64,000 bases of DNA from Tubiluchus corallicola (lineage: Eukaryota > Animalia > Priapulida): NCBI GenBank assembly GCA_030141605.1, contig JAQGDQ010000683.1:49240-113239 (forward strand). Direction: 5' to 3'. Position numbers and translations under genes: made by a program. The notes beneath the pieces were generated by a model. It was not told where the DNA came from. It saw only the letters and a list, made by a program, of their open reading frames with translations, and did no database searches. Shown here in pieces: positions 1 through 14,600 of this stretch (position 1 is its first letter; each line of letters opens with the position of its first letter).

Positions 1-128
1 TTGTACGTGTGCAGTGCAGTCAATGCAGTGTTTGTACGTGTGCAGTGCAGTTAGTGCAATGTTTGTATGCGTGCAGTGCAGTCAATGCAGTGTTTGTACG
101 CATGCAGTGCAGTTAATGCAGTGTTTGT
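1..128. repeat. 31-bp tandem repeat, ~4 copies (intronic)
   Basis: Unit TGTTTGTACGTGTGCAGTGCAGTCAATGCAG recurs at 31-nt spacing from the window start. Confidence 0.85.
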
Positions 129-807
129 TCAGTCCACATGCAAACTTTACTGTTTGCTGTCGTGGGAAAATCGACAGCGATCACAGCTAGTCGACTTCAG
201 AACAGGCTAGCCCTACTGTGCCGGGTGTTAAGCAAATTGGCTTCATTTTGTTAGGCAACCCAAATATTCATTTGGGTAGATTCTCACTAATAATTTTGCT
301 CCGCCGCCTTACTTAAAATGCTGCAAAACTGCCGAAACGTAAAGTCACCATGGATGCTGGATATAGTGATTATACCGACATAGAAGTGAGATTAGGAATA
401 GATAAGAGCCGAAAATGGTAGTAGTGAGCATTAATATTCATTTGGTCATGGTTTTCAAGTGCAACTTTGGTGCCAAAAGACCAAATATTTATAACAGGCG
501 TCAAACGGAACATTTGCTACAAATGACTGAGTTCCTCAAAGCCAACCATAGCGCTGAAAACGAGCAGACTTAATTACTAATGTAAAAATATTCCACTTTT
601 GTACTAGGTGCCTCTCTCACCCCCGGTACGTAATGGAACAGCTGAGCAGTATTGTCAGCTGCCGCAAGAGCCACCTAGCGGTGGACATTCGCTGCCTTTG
701 TTATTAGTTAATTGGTTAGTGGCCAAATTCAACCTGCGTAGTTTCATGTAAAGTCAGTTTTAGAGAGTCATTGTTGTGATAATTTGCATTTTGTTTTGTC
801 CATCTAG

Positions 808-3800
808 GTGCGCAGGACCCTTGGTGACTTTGGTGTTCCTATAGCCATAGCAGTCTGGACTGGTTTGGATGAACTGTTTTTTGTCAGGACTTACACATCG
901 GTAAGACAATTATTTGATTTTTCTTTGCTAGGTAAAATTTTTTAGCCGTATGCGTTACTCATGAACAATCTAATTCAACATAAATTACTGTTTTTCATAT
1001 CTGTGTTTAAGAGTATAAAATAATTGTGAACGTGCCTTTATCCACTGTTAATTTTGTAGTTTTGAAGCCTCAAAGCCAGCACAGTGTTGCATTTTCTCTT
1101 CAAAGCTTATTTTGTCGAGAAAACAGTCTTCATAAATATAGCCTAAAACGTTGATTTCACTCTTATTGCATACAGGGCTTGCGTTAGCAGTAGCTATTTA
1201 AATTCCTGCCATGAGCATTAGGTGTAGCTCGTCATTTGAAACAACTTTAAATAACATAACAATCGGTTTGAAAAAATAATCACAGCATTCATAACACACT
1301 CTTCGTTGACTAATCAAAAGTTGAAATAAATTAGTTTATATTGTCAGTAAAATCAATGATGTGTTTTTGGTGAATCAGTGGTGCACACTGGGAAGGCGAG
1401 TCAGTGACGTTTTACCAGTTGGTACGAACATTTTAAATTATAAACAATTTCTTTTCCAATTACATAAGTCTTTCAAATAGCTAAGTGTAATGCTAAGTAA
1501 CATAATTTTATATGTAAAGTTATTTTACACATACCGTAAAATTTCCTTTTCTTTCCCTGTAAATGCTCCTTTAATTTTTCCTTCCAGAAACTATTCGTAC
1601 CCGAAGGAATGAGCCCCACGGCTCCGGAGAAACGAGGTTGGTTGATTCAACCTTTTGGTTATGAGAAAACTCTACCTTGGTATTTGATGTTTGCCGCACT
1701 TGTACCTGCTCTCATGGCTTACATTCTCATCTTCATGGAAACACAAATCTGCGCGTAAGTCAAGATGCTTTTTGCTAACTAATTTCAGTTTATCTAGTTA
1801 GTGCTAAGTAATTTCAGTTTTTCTAGTTAGTGCTAACTAATTTCAGTTTATCTAGTTAGTGCTAACTAATTTCAGTTTTTCTAGTTAGTGCTAACTAATT
1901 TCAGTTTATCTAGTTAGTGCTAACTAATTTCAGTTTATCTAGTTAGTGCTAACTAATTTCAGTTTATCTAGTTAGTGCTAACTAATTTCAGTTTATCTAG
2001 TTAGTGCTAACTAATTTCAGTTTTTCTAGTTAGTGCTAACTAATTTCAGTTTTTCTAGTTAGTGCTAACTAATTTCAGTTTTTCTAGTTAGTGCTAACTA
2101 ATTTCAGTTTATCTAGTTAGTGCTAACTAACATTTAGGAAAGCTTGTGTGGATGCGCCCAGTCCGGGCAAAGAAACGGCAAAGATCAGTATTGAACTGCG
2201 AGATAGACCTGCAATTTATTAAAATAACAGATCACAAAAAGTGCTTGAGAATGTGCTAAAGGTTATTACTATTTAGACAAAATGAAAAGTTAGATTTAAG
2301 AAGACTGAAACACAAATTATTACTTTATGATTCTAGACATTTGAAGCAATTCTAACCAATTTAAACTATTAACTAATTATTAAAGTAGATGGTGACTTAC
2401 ATTTACTGGTGACAACTTTGGCTTGAAAATACAACTAGTGACTGTTAAATTGTAACAAAATAGACAAAGCAATGCAAGTATCACCAAACGGCATGATCAG
2501 CATAGCGGCAACGAAAAATGTAACTACGTGTAAGAACAAGTGTGATTGATAGGTGGCGTATACTACTAAAGCTTAGGTCACATGACTAAGGCTGGCTTCG
2601 TTTTAAACACTTTCAGGAAATGCATGTTTGTAAAAATGCGAAAAGAAAACAAATAATTATAGAATGCTAGATTAAATTGCTTGACACCAAAAGCTTGCAT
2701 TTTTCTTGTAATTGAGTTTTACTTTTTTTGACAAAGATAAAAGTCAACAAATAACCAGTCAATCTAATAAAGCAACCAGCAAAAACTAATAAAACTAAAA
2801 TGAACCGTAGAGAAAATTTTATGGAAATATTTATTTTCTATTTGCATATAAAATGCAGTGAATAAAAATCCACTTTAGTTTTGTTCTTATTAACACTTCA
2901 CAAATGCTCAAATATTCAGTGGTAGTAGAAACTGTATAATATTTTACATAAATGTTTAAACTGACTGTGATTTTTCTCTCTGGTGCTGTTTCTGCATTAC
3001 AATACACTAAAATCCTCGGTTATAACGACCGTTGACCATTATCTAATGAAATCCAGTTAAGTATTCTAATGAGCTTCACCTAGTTAACGCGGTCAAAATA
3101 ACAGAATAATTATTTTAACGAGCTAAAACTGAACACTATACTCCAAGTATACTGGCCTGGCAGATACTGTGCTTATCTGTAACGTAGTACTTACACAATA
3201 TGAGTAATAATCCTGTGTAAGCCATGTAAACACTTCAGTTGTTGCTAATTGATCCGACCACTAATTTTTATATAAACGCAGTTTAACGCAAAGATTTAGT
3301 CAGCTAGAACTGCGGAAGTTTGTTACCATCAGCTTACGTCTTTTTTTTCAAATATGCCCGCAACGAGGTTTGTTTGGTAGGAGAGATAGGTTTGTAGCTT
3401 CGTAGAGAAACTGTTGATTAAATATCTGTACGTTGAATTTCTGATTTTGCATTTCAAATTTACATTTCAGGCTCATAATAAACAAAAAAGAACGACAGCT
3501 TAAGAAAGGTGGCGGGTATCACCTGGACATGTTTATCATCGGTCAGTTTGGCTTCCTGAATGCCGCATTAGGATTGCCATTTACCTGCGCAGCTACGGTC
3601 AGATCTGTTGCTCACACGTCTTCCTTAACTTCCATGTCAAAGACGCATGCGCCCGGTGAAACGCCTAGGATTACTGGTGTTACGGAACAGCGAGTGACGA
3701 ATTTTGCTGTCAGTATTTTACTTGGTAAGTGCATTGTAGACGAACTTAGTTGTCAGTATTTAACTTGGTAAGTGCATTATAGACGAACTTAGTTGTCAGT

Positions 3801-6338
3801 ATTTAACTTGGTAAGTGTATTATAGAAAAACTTAGTTGTCAGTATTTAACTTGGTAAGTGCATTATAGACGAACTTAGTTCTCAGTATTTAACTTGGTAA
3901 GTGCATTATAGACGAACTTAGTTGTCAGTATTTAACTTGGTAAGTGCATTATAGACGAACTTAGTTGTCAGTATTTAACTTGGTAAGTGCATTATAGAAA
4001 AACTTAGTTGTCAGTATTTAACTTGGTAAGTGCATTATAGACGAACTTAGTTGTCAGTATTTAACTTGGTAAGTGTATTACAGACGAACTTAGTTGTCAG
4101 TATTTAACTTGGTAAGTGCATTATAGACGAACTTAGTTGTCAGTATTTAACTTGGTAAGTGTATTACAGACGAACTTAGTTGTCAGTATTTTACTTGGTA
4201 AGTGTATTACAGACGAACTTAGTTGTCAGTATTTTACTTGGTAAGTGTATTACAGACGAACTTAGTTGTCAGTATTTTACTTGGTAAGTGTATTATAGAC
4301 GAACTTAGTTGTCAGTATTTTACTTGGTAAGTGCATTACAGACGAACTTAGTTGTCAGTATTTAACTTGGTAAGTGCATTATAGACGAACTTAGTTGTCA
4401 GTATTTAACTTGGTAAGTGCATTATAGACGAACTTAGTTGTCAGTATTTTACTTGGTAAGTGTATTATAGACGAACTTAGTTGTCAGTATTTTACTTGGT
4501 AAGTGTATTATAGACGAACTTAGTTGTCAGTATTTTACTTGGTACTTACTTACTATATACTTACTGTACTAAAGTATATTAAAATTATTTATAGTTTGTT
4601 GAAATTGCCAAAACCTTAAATGTTTTTTAACTATATGTTTTTAAATAATATTTACTATCATCTAGTTTTAGGTAGTAATTACAATAAGCAATGCCAGCAG
4701 TATTACCACTATTAGAATGCATGTATTTATATACTACTGTATTATCTGTGCTAAATCTGTGAATGATGTTTACAGGCGTATCAATTTTAATGGGGCCTGT
4801 ACTGAATAAAGTACCGGAAGCAGTATTGTTCGGAGTCTTCCTTTACATGGGTGTTAATTCGCTAAATGGGATTCAGTTAGTTGATCGGTTCTTCATGATG
4901 TTCACGCCTCCGAAATATTTTCCTGACGTGGGCTATGTGAAAAGGGTAAGTAACTCATTCAGGGCAGCACCACTCAAGATAGGTCTTATAGGACCTGTGA
5001 CTTTTCTGCTACTGTATGAGCACCAGACATAACTAAATGATTACAAATTAGCCACTCTTCTATTTAGGAGAATCTTGGCTATGCAATCATGTTATTTGCT
5101 TTAAACATATATGAGTAATTTAATTGGATAAAATTAAGAAAAACGCGCCCTTTTCAGGCACATTTTCGCCTCCGTTAAATTTCACTTTATTAATAAAAAT
5201 TATAATTATTTTTGCATATTTGTTTTAACAGTACAAGTAATCGTAAAATTTTGGCTTTAAGGCTAGAGCTATTGCTTTGAAATATTTTACATTGTACAAA
5301 CTTTTGAATTCTCAGATAGACAAAACTTGTGAAGACCTGTGTACGTTCTTTTTGTTTGTTTATTTTTCTTTGTAAATATCATATGAATATTGTTTCAGTG
5401 CTAACATATTACTGTTCTGATTATCATAATTTTTCCAGTTATTAATACCGTCGGTTAAATCTTAAGAAGCACCTCAGATCAAATTCTCAATACTGAAACA
5501 TGAATCGATGCCGATCACATTTTGCTTTCATTCTTACAGGTTCGGACATTCAAAGTTCATTTATTTACGGGAATTCAGATGATATGCATGGGTATCCTGT
5601 TTGCCGTCAAATCGACCGTTGCCGCTCTCGCCTTTCCGTTCATACTTATCTTAATGGTTCCGCTACGATACAATCTCAAGTGGATTTTCACTCCTGTTGA
5701 ACTAGGAGAGGTAAAAGTGATTCCCTATTTGCTTAGTGTCAATTAGATTGATTACTGATTATTGATTAGTGTCAATTAGATTGATTATTGATTAGTGTCA
5801 ATTAGATTGATTATTGATCATTGATTAGTGTCAATTAGATTGATTATTGATCATTGATTAGTGTCAATTAGATTGATTATTGATTAGCGTCAATTAGATT
5901 GATTATTGATTAGTGTCAATCAAATTGATTATTGTGCATCTAGTTTGCATTAGTTCGTATGCATTAATTGCTCAGAAAGTTTTTCAAATATGCAATAATG
6001 GTAGACCATGATGTATTGTCATGTGATTCAGTAGACAAAACGTTTGTGAATAACCGTCTTCCTATGAACATTTTGCACCTTAACTTCACTTTATGATCAA
6101 GAATATCAGAAAATTTGTGTCAAATGTTGATAGTTTTTATACATTTGAATAGAAGCAGCCTGTACCAGACATTTCTCGGTCAATTAAGCGACTGATCTTC
6201 CGCGAGTCTAATAAATGGCACCCACTGTATTTGAATCTTTGTTTACGTGTGTTATAGCTTGATAAGGAAGAGGTGGACGTCGATGAAAAAGAAGAAGAAG
6301 AACTGGATTTCTATGAATCTGTCCATATGCCCATGTAG
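808..6338 (+). CDS. SLC4A2-like: SLC4 anion exchanger (band 3/AE2-like Cl-/HCO3- exchanger), last six coding exons; 5' part lies upstream of the window
   Basis: Exons 808-900, 1588-1754, 3471-3724, 4776-4945, 5540-5710 and 6258-6338 have AG/GT boundaries with compatible phases. The translation has SLC4 motifs [63 protein letters not shown] and an AE-type tail [15 protein letters not shown]. Confidence 0.95.
1774..2130. repeat. 29-bp minisatellite, ~12 copies, just inside an SLC4 intron
   Basis: Unit GCTAACTAATTTCAGTTTWTCTAGTTAGT with period 29. Confidence 0.95.
3708..4544. repeat. 43-bp minisatellite, ~19.5 copies, spanning an SLC4 exon end and its 5' splice site
   Basis: Unit TGTCAGTATTTWACTTG|GTAAGTGYATTAYAGACGAACTTAGT; GTAAGT occurs at 3725, 3768, 3811 ... 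4499. Confidence 0.97.
5733..5935. repeat. Tandem repeat of TTAGTGTCAATTAGATTGATTATTGA-like units
   Basis: Directly visible variable-length tandem units shortly after the 5710 donor. Confidence 0.85.
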
Positions 6339-9300
6339 ATGATGATTTTATTTATTGGTGATTAGACTGCAATGACTGTATAAAAGATTGATTGATTTAA
6401 TGTTGCACCTTGTTGTCATAGTAACATGCTTTGTGTAACTTGAGCTTGTAGATGGTGCCTTGTACAGCTAAGCACCACGTTTCTTTCATTTTCATCAACT
6501 TTACAGATAAACAACTGATTTTTGTAAAAAAAAAAACATTGATAATTCAATCATAGTAAACTTTGTAGGTTTGTATCACAATTTGCATGGCAGAGTTGAT
6601 ATGTATTGTTTTATTCATTGCCTCCGTGGTGCTTAAAGGATCGATTAATCACTTCACACATCAAATTACCCGATAACATTTCTAATTTTACATTTGAATG
6701 AGTTCATTGTTCACTAAGTTTTTTCTCTATGTCGTCCGTATTTTGTAAATTAGATAGATTTTAGGGAAAGTTGACTATTTCGATTATTGTTTATTCTGTA
6801 TTAATTAATGTGGCCATTTCAGTTGAAAAAAGCCGTTTCACAAATTGAGCAGCAATGAATAAACTGTTCAGTATAATAGCACAAAAGAGAAAAAGTATTT
6901 AAGTTCTGTAGAGCACAATCAAGTAATGTTAACCAGTTACTAATAATCATATTTAAAATTATGAAATATTGTTTAACAAACTTTACAAAGTTGTGATTCA
7001 GTTTCACTGCTGACGCTGTTAGGCTTCTATACATATGGTATATTTTTATATATGTAATAACATTTTCCACTTCTGCTTTGTGAAGTGTTATAAGTAAAGT
7101 TGTTAGTTTGTTAAAACAGAAATTATTTTTTGCTATGTGAAGAGTAATAATCAATTTATGTAGGTTTTGTTATTGCTAGTGGGCTGGCAAACTTAGAATT
7201 TAGAAAAACTTGATATTTTTGGCAGAGGGGTACATTTACTTTATTTAAACGCTAGTTGAAGCAGATGAAATTTATCTGCACTTAGTTTGGCCAAGTCTTT
7301 CAAATCTCTCTGTTTTTTAGTGTTGGTTCACATGTCTTTATCGTTAGTTATTCAGGTAGTACGAAGTTTTTCACACATTTAGTTGTTAAAAACATGGTGC
7401 AGAAAATTATTTTCATTCGGGAAAATGAGTGCCTGTTCAAGTAGCTTAGTCCTTGTTGTTGCAATTATTATGGCTCTATTTTTATACATGTGTTTGGAAC
7501 TACTGAAAGTTAATCGAGTCTCATAAGTTTATTTAGGTTGCTACAATTTGTTGCTGTAAGAACTGGTCAATGAACCAATTCCTTCCACATAAATCTGAAG
7601 AAAAATAAGCATGTAGGAGTCGTGAAATGACATTCTTGCTTGGCGTTTGTTTCCGCGTGTTTAACAAATATGGCATGTAAGCAAACCCACGGCAAACAGG
7701 AAAATATTGACTGCTAGACCTGATATAATGTATGATATATCTGCCTAGGTAGATATTTGTACAGTCGATGTATTGCTCTGATTAAAATTATTTCCAATTA
7801 TTTGTTTTTTACTGACTTAGAAAACTGATTGCGTCGTCTTATATTAGATACATAGTTTCTCATTGACTGTTAGACATTTTGAAATCTGTTATAACATCAG
7901 ATAATTATAATTTAGTCTCTGTAAGTATAGATTTCTTTTGTAATTAGATTTCTCGAGTTTTGTCAAGAGAAACTCTAATTAATTTAATTGTGAAATGAAT
8001 TAACGAATGAATGCATACAAAAGTTTCCTGTTGTTTTGATACATTAATACGTGCAAAAATAATGGCGAGGATGAATTTTCCAATCAGGTAGTGAAGTAAT
8101 AAAATTTGATTCAAACGTAACACCTTGATGTATCACAATAGTTTAGTCTTAGGGTTAAAATTACTACAGTATAATGCAATCTGTAAGCTGCTACAAGTCA
8201 GAAATGTACATATACCTAAATGCTACATTATAATAGCTGTTATTCAATAGTACTTAACTTGTTACAGCAATTTATACTGGTTTGTAATTAGGTGCGTACC
8301 TGTGCCAGGTGTCTAGTGTTGGAATATTTTTTTCAATTTCTAGTTTATCTTGGACATTAATAAAATTGATCTGTAAAGATATTTTTTCTATGGATTTTTA
8401 TTAAACTATTACCGTACTTTAGATATGATAACTCGACCTTTATCAGCAGTTTACAACAGTCATTTTATGGTTCATCACCCACCTGACCACCATGATGTAG
8501 ACAAACAACCACCTATTAAATTATTTTCACAAAGCTAACTGCAGTAAAAGTTCTACCTAGGCTTAGCGTAATTTCTTGGATATAATTTTCTCTAAAAAAG
8601 TTAGTAAATAATAACTGATTGAGAGAGTCGACTTCCATAAGATGCTCAACGGTCACTGCTCTAGTGCTATGGGGATATATGTATATTTATTAGCTATATG
8701 TGGATTTGGAAAATGAGTTTCAACAACAGGGAATGAAGTAATTGATGTTTTGTTTACTGTAACGTTATGCACATGAAGACATGAGAGGCAGTTAGTATTT
8801 TTTCATTAATTCCTGCGTTTATCAAATTGCCGAACAAAACTACTTCTATTTAAAGCGAAGAATTTCTGGCACAAAGTTGGATGTCATTCGAGTAAATGTT
8901 TCGAAACTTGGCTGTTGCTGCATCAGTAGTTGTTGAAAATTTAACCAGGAAGCCAAATAAGGTATGAACATCTTTACATGTGCGGATGTTAAAAGCAGCT
9001 GAGCTTATCTTATCTATGATGGTTTCCACCTTCAACTTCTGTTTTCCTTGGAAAGCAACTAATGCAAATTACATCATTTTACAGTCACACATTAAATAAT
9101 GTTTCACATAGTCTTTGTAAGCTCTCCAGCTAGCGGTCTGAGAATCACCGAGATTGAGTAGTCTTATGGTCATAGCATTGGACTTGTAGCTCAAAAGTCC
9201 CTGGTTCTCATCCAAGCTCTTCCAAATTCCTTTCAGACAAGTTTTAAAAAAGTTGAACAACTGTGAGCTCATTCGTTATTAAAAAAACGAAATAAATAAT

Positions 9301-9789
9301 CTTGAAATTAACTATATATATATATATATAGTATATAGTGTATATAGTATATTGTTATAGTTGTTATATAAGTTGTTATATATACCTATTATGGTTCTAA
9401 TTAATTTCTCAGGTAAAACGCACCTGTATTACATTGACGTATTAATTATCACAACACAACCAGATGTTTATGATCAGTAAAAAAAGCTATAAAAATAAAA
9501 TATGTAAGAACCACATGATTTTTGGAATTGCACAATGCTTAACTACGATGTGTAAGCTAAACATTTGTTTATGCCATTATCAAAAAAAGTACCCATTAAC
9601 ATAACCATTGTTATGAAATTCAAAAATTAATAGTGTACTGGTGGTGATTCTAGGTGAAGGGTAGTTATTTGCTAGCCAGGAAATGCACTTCTTGCTTTGA
9701 TTGGTAAAACATGGCTGCATGAGCATTGTCCATAAAATGCGTTTATACTGAGACTTGACAAATGTACACTAATCTTTGCTTTACAATCA

Positions 9790-10130
9790 TCTTTACAATG
9801 ACATCAGGACCCAGAGTTCAACTCGTGTACAGTCCCTTCTCATATTCATTTTAATTTCATTTACAGTATCAATCAGCTGAGAGTGAGTTTCATGGATGGG
9901 TCACAAAAAAGAAACAAAAAAATGAGAACGGAAGTTGGTTTGGCCATACTTGATGGAGAGTTTAGAATCATGGTCTCGTAGTTCTCTGTGTGGTTTTGAA
10001 AAGAAATCTTGTTCTTGAGAGACCTTTCATAATTTTATAACAATTGACAAGATTAGCAGTACATCGGCGTCGTTCCAAAGTGGATATTTTACTAACCAGT
10101 TTTTCCTCAAACCATTTTCCGCCAGCAAGA
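9790..10130 (-). mobile_element. Decayed CR1-type LINE 3' fragment
   Basis: Minus-strand translation TLERRRCTANLVNCYKIMKGL and RSHFF resembles the CR1 ORF2 C-terminal motif (SLEERRLRGDLIEVYKI; RxxFFxxRV); frameshifted. Confidence 0.55.
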
Positions 10131-11652
10131 ATAGATTGTCTCAAATGTTGAGAAACTCGTGTATATTTGGCTTTCAAGCTATTTGAAGAAGTCACAAGCC
10201 ACAAAGTCTAGAGGCAACTTTTATTGCTTTGGCTTTAACAACAACAAAATTCCCAAAGGGCATAATCATATTTACGATCACTTGCAGAAGTTCCCCTTGG
10301 AGATACTAAAGTATTCACCACATTATTATATTTATCATAAAAGAAACTCCAACAACAATTTACATGCTGATCAATTAACTCATTGTAGCAATCAGTACTA
10401 GCAAAATAATCCCTAATTTGTGGAAAAGAGGTTTTGTTATAATCTCTCCAAAGACCTGATATTAATAGTTGTGTTTAACACAGAAAATACTAGTGCCTTG
10501 GTCGCTGGTAGAAGGACAACCAGACTTGGCAGACAATAAATTATGACGATCTGGATAGTATGATAAATTACAATTACAGTGACAAAGTGATATTTTTATT
10601 CTTCATATTCATACTTTATTATTCATTTTACACATAAAGTTATCAACCTACACTAAGGATGGTAATTAAGCATGCCAAATAAATGTTTATCTTATGCTGC
10701 TGGTTAGAGTCATCTCTAACCGATAAATTCAAAACAACCCCACTGTATCCATATTCCATGTTAAGGCTAGAGGTATCACCTGTAATGCCTGTTATCTACT
10801 GGCATTAGTGTGTGTATGGTACAAGAAATTTTTTTTTATTCCACTCATATTTTAAGATTCGTTTAAATTCATTTACTGATTTAGATGCTATAGTTTTGCT
10901 GCTTAGACCATTTACTACTCGGGTTGCTGAAGGCATACTTCCTTTCATCCAGTCTGGCTCTGGGCTTAGAGTTTATACGGATGTCCTCTTGTAAATGCTG
11001 AGTTTCTCAAAAAGTGGTTAATTATCAAAAAATGGCACTACCTGTTGAATTATCAATAAAGGGATGTACTTGCACAGAACACGAAATACGTTTATAAATT
11101 ATGGTAATTTCATCGTGTCTTGTTGAACTGCGCACCAGTAAATAACACAAATTGACGTCGAATCGTTTGCATGGGTTGTTTCTACATATAATAACTGATA
11201 TTTGTTGTTTAAAATAATTATAATCTTAGACAGCTTTTGAATTACAGTGAAAGCATGGCCACTAAAAATTAAACAAAAAACTCCATTGTTAAAACGGACA
11301 ATTTTGAAAGCTAACCGAGTATAACATGGTAAATTTTGTTGCCATGGTTACTTGCGTATTAGAACGACGAGTTTTGCTCATTGTTTCAACTGCAGTTTAT
11401 TTAACATTAACCCCAGTATTTAATATTATATACATAGTAGAGGCAAGAATTATGCTTTCAGAATCACAATAAACGATATGCCTAAATTAATATTTTAAGA
11501 ACAATAATCAGGTATCAATGTTTGGGTGCACACTATCACCAGACAGTATGCTACGCTTGTCAATATTCGTATTGATTCATTTTACCAACGTTACATTTTC
11601 AGTTTTGATTCTCTTTTTGTCAAAGCCAGAAGGAGAACGTGCTTTATCTTTC

Positions 11653-14600
11653 TTAAACATAACGTAGTAGCTTCATTTGCTGTAATGCCGTCGCACATTC
11701 ATTGAAAATGGGATTCCGAAAGCAATTAGACCTGAAATGTTGAAAAAAGAAACAACACATTAATAATTAGGTTAATTTAATCTGCAGACAAAACGGCAGC
11801 TAACCTTAAACACAAAATTGTGTCCATCATCGCCTTTACCATCATTTTATCGTCATTAACAATCATTTCTTTAAATTAATTTAATCTGTAAAAAATAACG
11901 AACATTCGTGAACGCAAAACGAGTTTTACTTTCGTTTCGTCTTCGTCCTTGTCATTTTCTTCATTGTTCAACACATTCATCGTTTTCATGGTCAGACATC
12001 AGTGATAATTATTCTTTTCATCAAGTAATCTGCTTTAAAAACCGTTTAAAACACAATTTGTGAAAAAATACATTATAAAAATACATCTTATGGGGAAGGA
12101 CAATACTTTTGAGTGCAGTTATAATGGAAGTTTCTATTAGACAGTAACATGGATTGGATATATATGTAACTAAAGAAATAATTTGCATAACAATGTCCAG
12201 TAATGAGTCAGATAATAAGTTTCATACCATCTACCGAGGAAATTTTGAAGGTGAAAGAAAAGACGGCAAGCTGCACTTCACGATAGTTTAGAAAATGTTT
12301 GTGGTTCAATGACACAGAAATGTGTTATGATTATCTAGACTGAGTGAATAGTAACCGCGTACGTTTTATGTGAACGGCGTTTGATAACCGTTACGAGAGG
12401 CGTAACAGTTTTAAAGTAATAAATATATGGCCGAGGTAAACGGAATCTTCTTAGAGGTAGTGTAAATTGTCTTCGTATTATTTTGTTGCCAGATGGCAGC
12501 ACCGTGCAGCATCCAGCTTAAAGAGCTTAATACGCGCTTAACAGTCCGACGTATTTATAACCTGTACTTCACAATAATTATAAAGTTCCCGCAAAAGCTT
12601 TTCCACGCGGTAAACAAGTTAGGTATTGCAAACGCTGCAAAACGCTTATCAAGGTAAAGTAAACTTGCAGCAGACTGTTGTTGTCCAAAAATCGGTGTCC
12701 TTTTGCAGCATTTACAGTGTTTTATACGCATTCACGAACAGTGTACACATATGTCACATTGATTTTGTCACATTGTTATTTGACTTACTTCCAGTTATTC
12801 AATTACAAATTATTTTAACATTAGGTAAACCTAATAACTACCTATTGTTGTATGCAAAGTCCAGCCAAACTAATAATGGACTCATCAAAACTACTAGTTT
12901 CTTGCGTCTATAAACGAAGGGAAATAATGCTCTTTGGGCTTACAAACAACTTTTTACTGTTTTATTTACGTCAGATTGCTTTCAGCTGTAAGAGACGTCG
13001 ATCATTTCTATATAGGTCCATGTTTTTGTAATTCTGAAATGCTATAAACGTGTAAACTTTTTGACAGCCACCTGGGCACGTGTAAGTCTATGTATACAAT
13101 ATTCATTTGACAGTCTTTGCCACATTGGAAAGATGCTCTTCTTTATCATGTAGCGACTAAGCCCAATATGTGTAAAGAAAACCACGTGTGATAACACTTA
13201 CATTCTAAATCAGTGAAGTTTTCAAAATCAGTGAAGTTTTCAAAATCAGTGAAGTTTTCAAAATCAGTGAAGTTTTCAGAATGAGTGAAGTTTTCAAAAT
13301 CAGTGAAGTTTTCAAAATCAGTGAAGTTTTCAAAATCAGTAAAGTTTTCAAAATCAGTGAAGTTTTCAAAATCAGTGAAATTTTCAAAATAAATGAAGTT
13401 TTCAAAATCAGTAAAGTTTTCAAAATCACTGAAGTTTTCAAAATCAGTAAAGTTTTCAAAATCAGTGAAGTTTTCAAAATCAGTGAAGTTTTCAAAATCA
13501 GTGAAGTTTTCAAAATCAGTGAAGTTTTCAAAATCAGTAAAGTTTTCAAAATCAGTGAAGTTTTCAAAATCAGTGAAGTTTTCAAAATAAATGAAGTTTT
13601 CAAAATCAGTAAAGTTTTCAAAATCACTGAAGTTTTCAGAATAAATGAAGTTTTCAGAATAAGTATAAGTGAAGTTAGAGTTATGAACCTAATACAACCA
13701 ATGATCAAGTGCTGCTTATATATATTATAAAAACAGGCCACTCAACTGCATGTGGTGTGCTAAAGTACGCAGATGTAAAAAGCGACACACTGCCAACGCA
13801 TCTTCGAAATCTTAGCTGGAGGAGTTACGTTTTATGTTTTCTTTCGTTAAATGGATTGGCAGGGTCTCAAATAATTTACTGGCAAATATTTTCAAGAATT
13901 TTTTTGTAAGAGAGGTAGGCCGTTTCGTGTACAAATAATCAGTTTGTTCCTAAATAGAAAATTTGTTTGCTGAACATTTTACAATCAGGTTTAATGGCAC
14001 CAACGAATAGAATAATTAATATTCCGTTAAATAATAAATAATGTTAAATATAATAAGAAATTATTATAATATATAACAATATATTTTGAAACTAAATCAT
14101 TGAATATTTTTTTGTCTGTCAAATTAACTGAGAATGACAAATGTCTGTTGAACGTCAAAAATTATATTGTATGTTATACATTAGCGCAAAATTGTTCTTT
14201 TTTTTACTTCTGTAATGCTCGAAAGATGGCGCTGTTTCAATTGCAAAGAGTTTGTCGTTAGGAAAACTACTATTATATACAACTAAAATGAGTTCAAACG
14301 AGAGATTTCTGACCTAGTTCTAATAAACCTCAGGAGGCAATTTGAATTTAGGTTCGATACTCCCTGTCCTGTATCTTAAAACTGGATTTGAATTAGCCTG
14401 GGGGCATAAGAATTAATCGAGGGTACATTTACGCTGGCATAGGAGTATCATTTGTAAGCCTTGGTCTTGTAGATAAGAGAACGTTTGTACATTCGAAACG
14501 TGACACAGATATCTCTGCTGGTGCAGTGCCTCATGTTAGAAGCTTAGTCTTGTTAATGAACCAGGCTCAGTCCTTGTCCTAAACATTAATTTTAAACAGC

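Noticed and set aside
3708-4544. CRISPR-like regularity here and in other 29-46-bp arrays (1774, 51515, 56062)
   Set aside because: Units are head-to-tail with no unique spacers, there are no cas genes, and the context is eukaryotic introns.
9150-9225. tRNA-like segments here and at 53640-53710 and 53840-53900; degenerate 5S-like piece at 29885-29935
   Set aside because: No intact cloverleaf or full-length match; most likely eroded SINE heads.
12485-12502. CTCF-like motifs (TGCCAGATGGCAGCA here; CCGCTAGGTGGC on the minus strand at ~671-682)
   Set aside because: Short motifs with no independent support.
13205-13741. ORFs of 178/149/65 aa (LILKTS / SEVFKI repeats)
   Set aside because: They are translations of an 18-bp intronic minisatellite.
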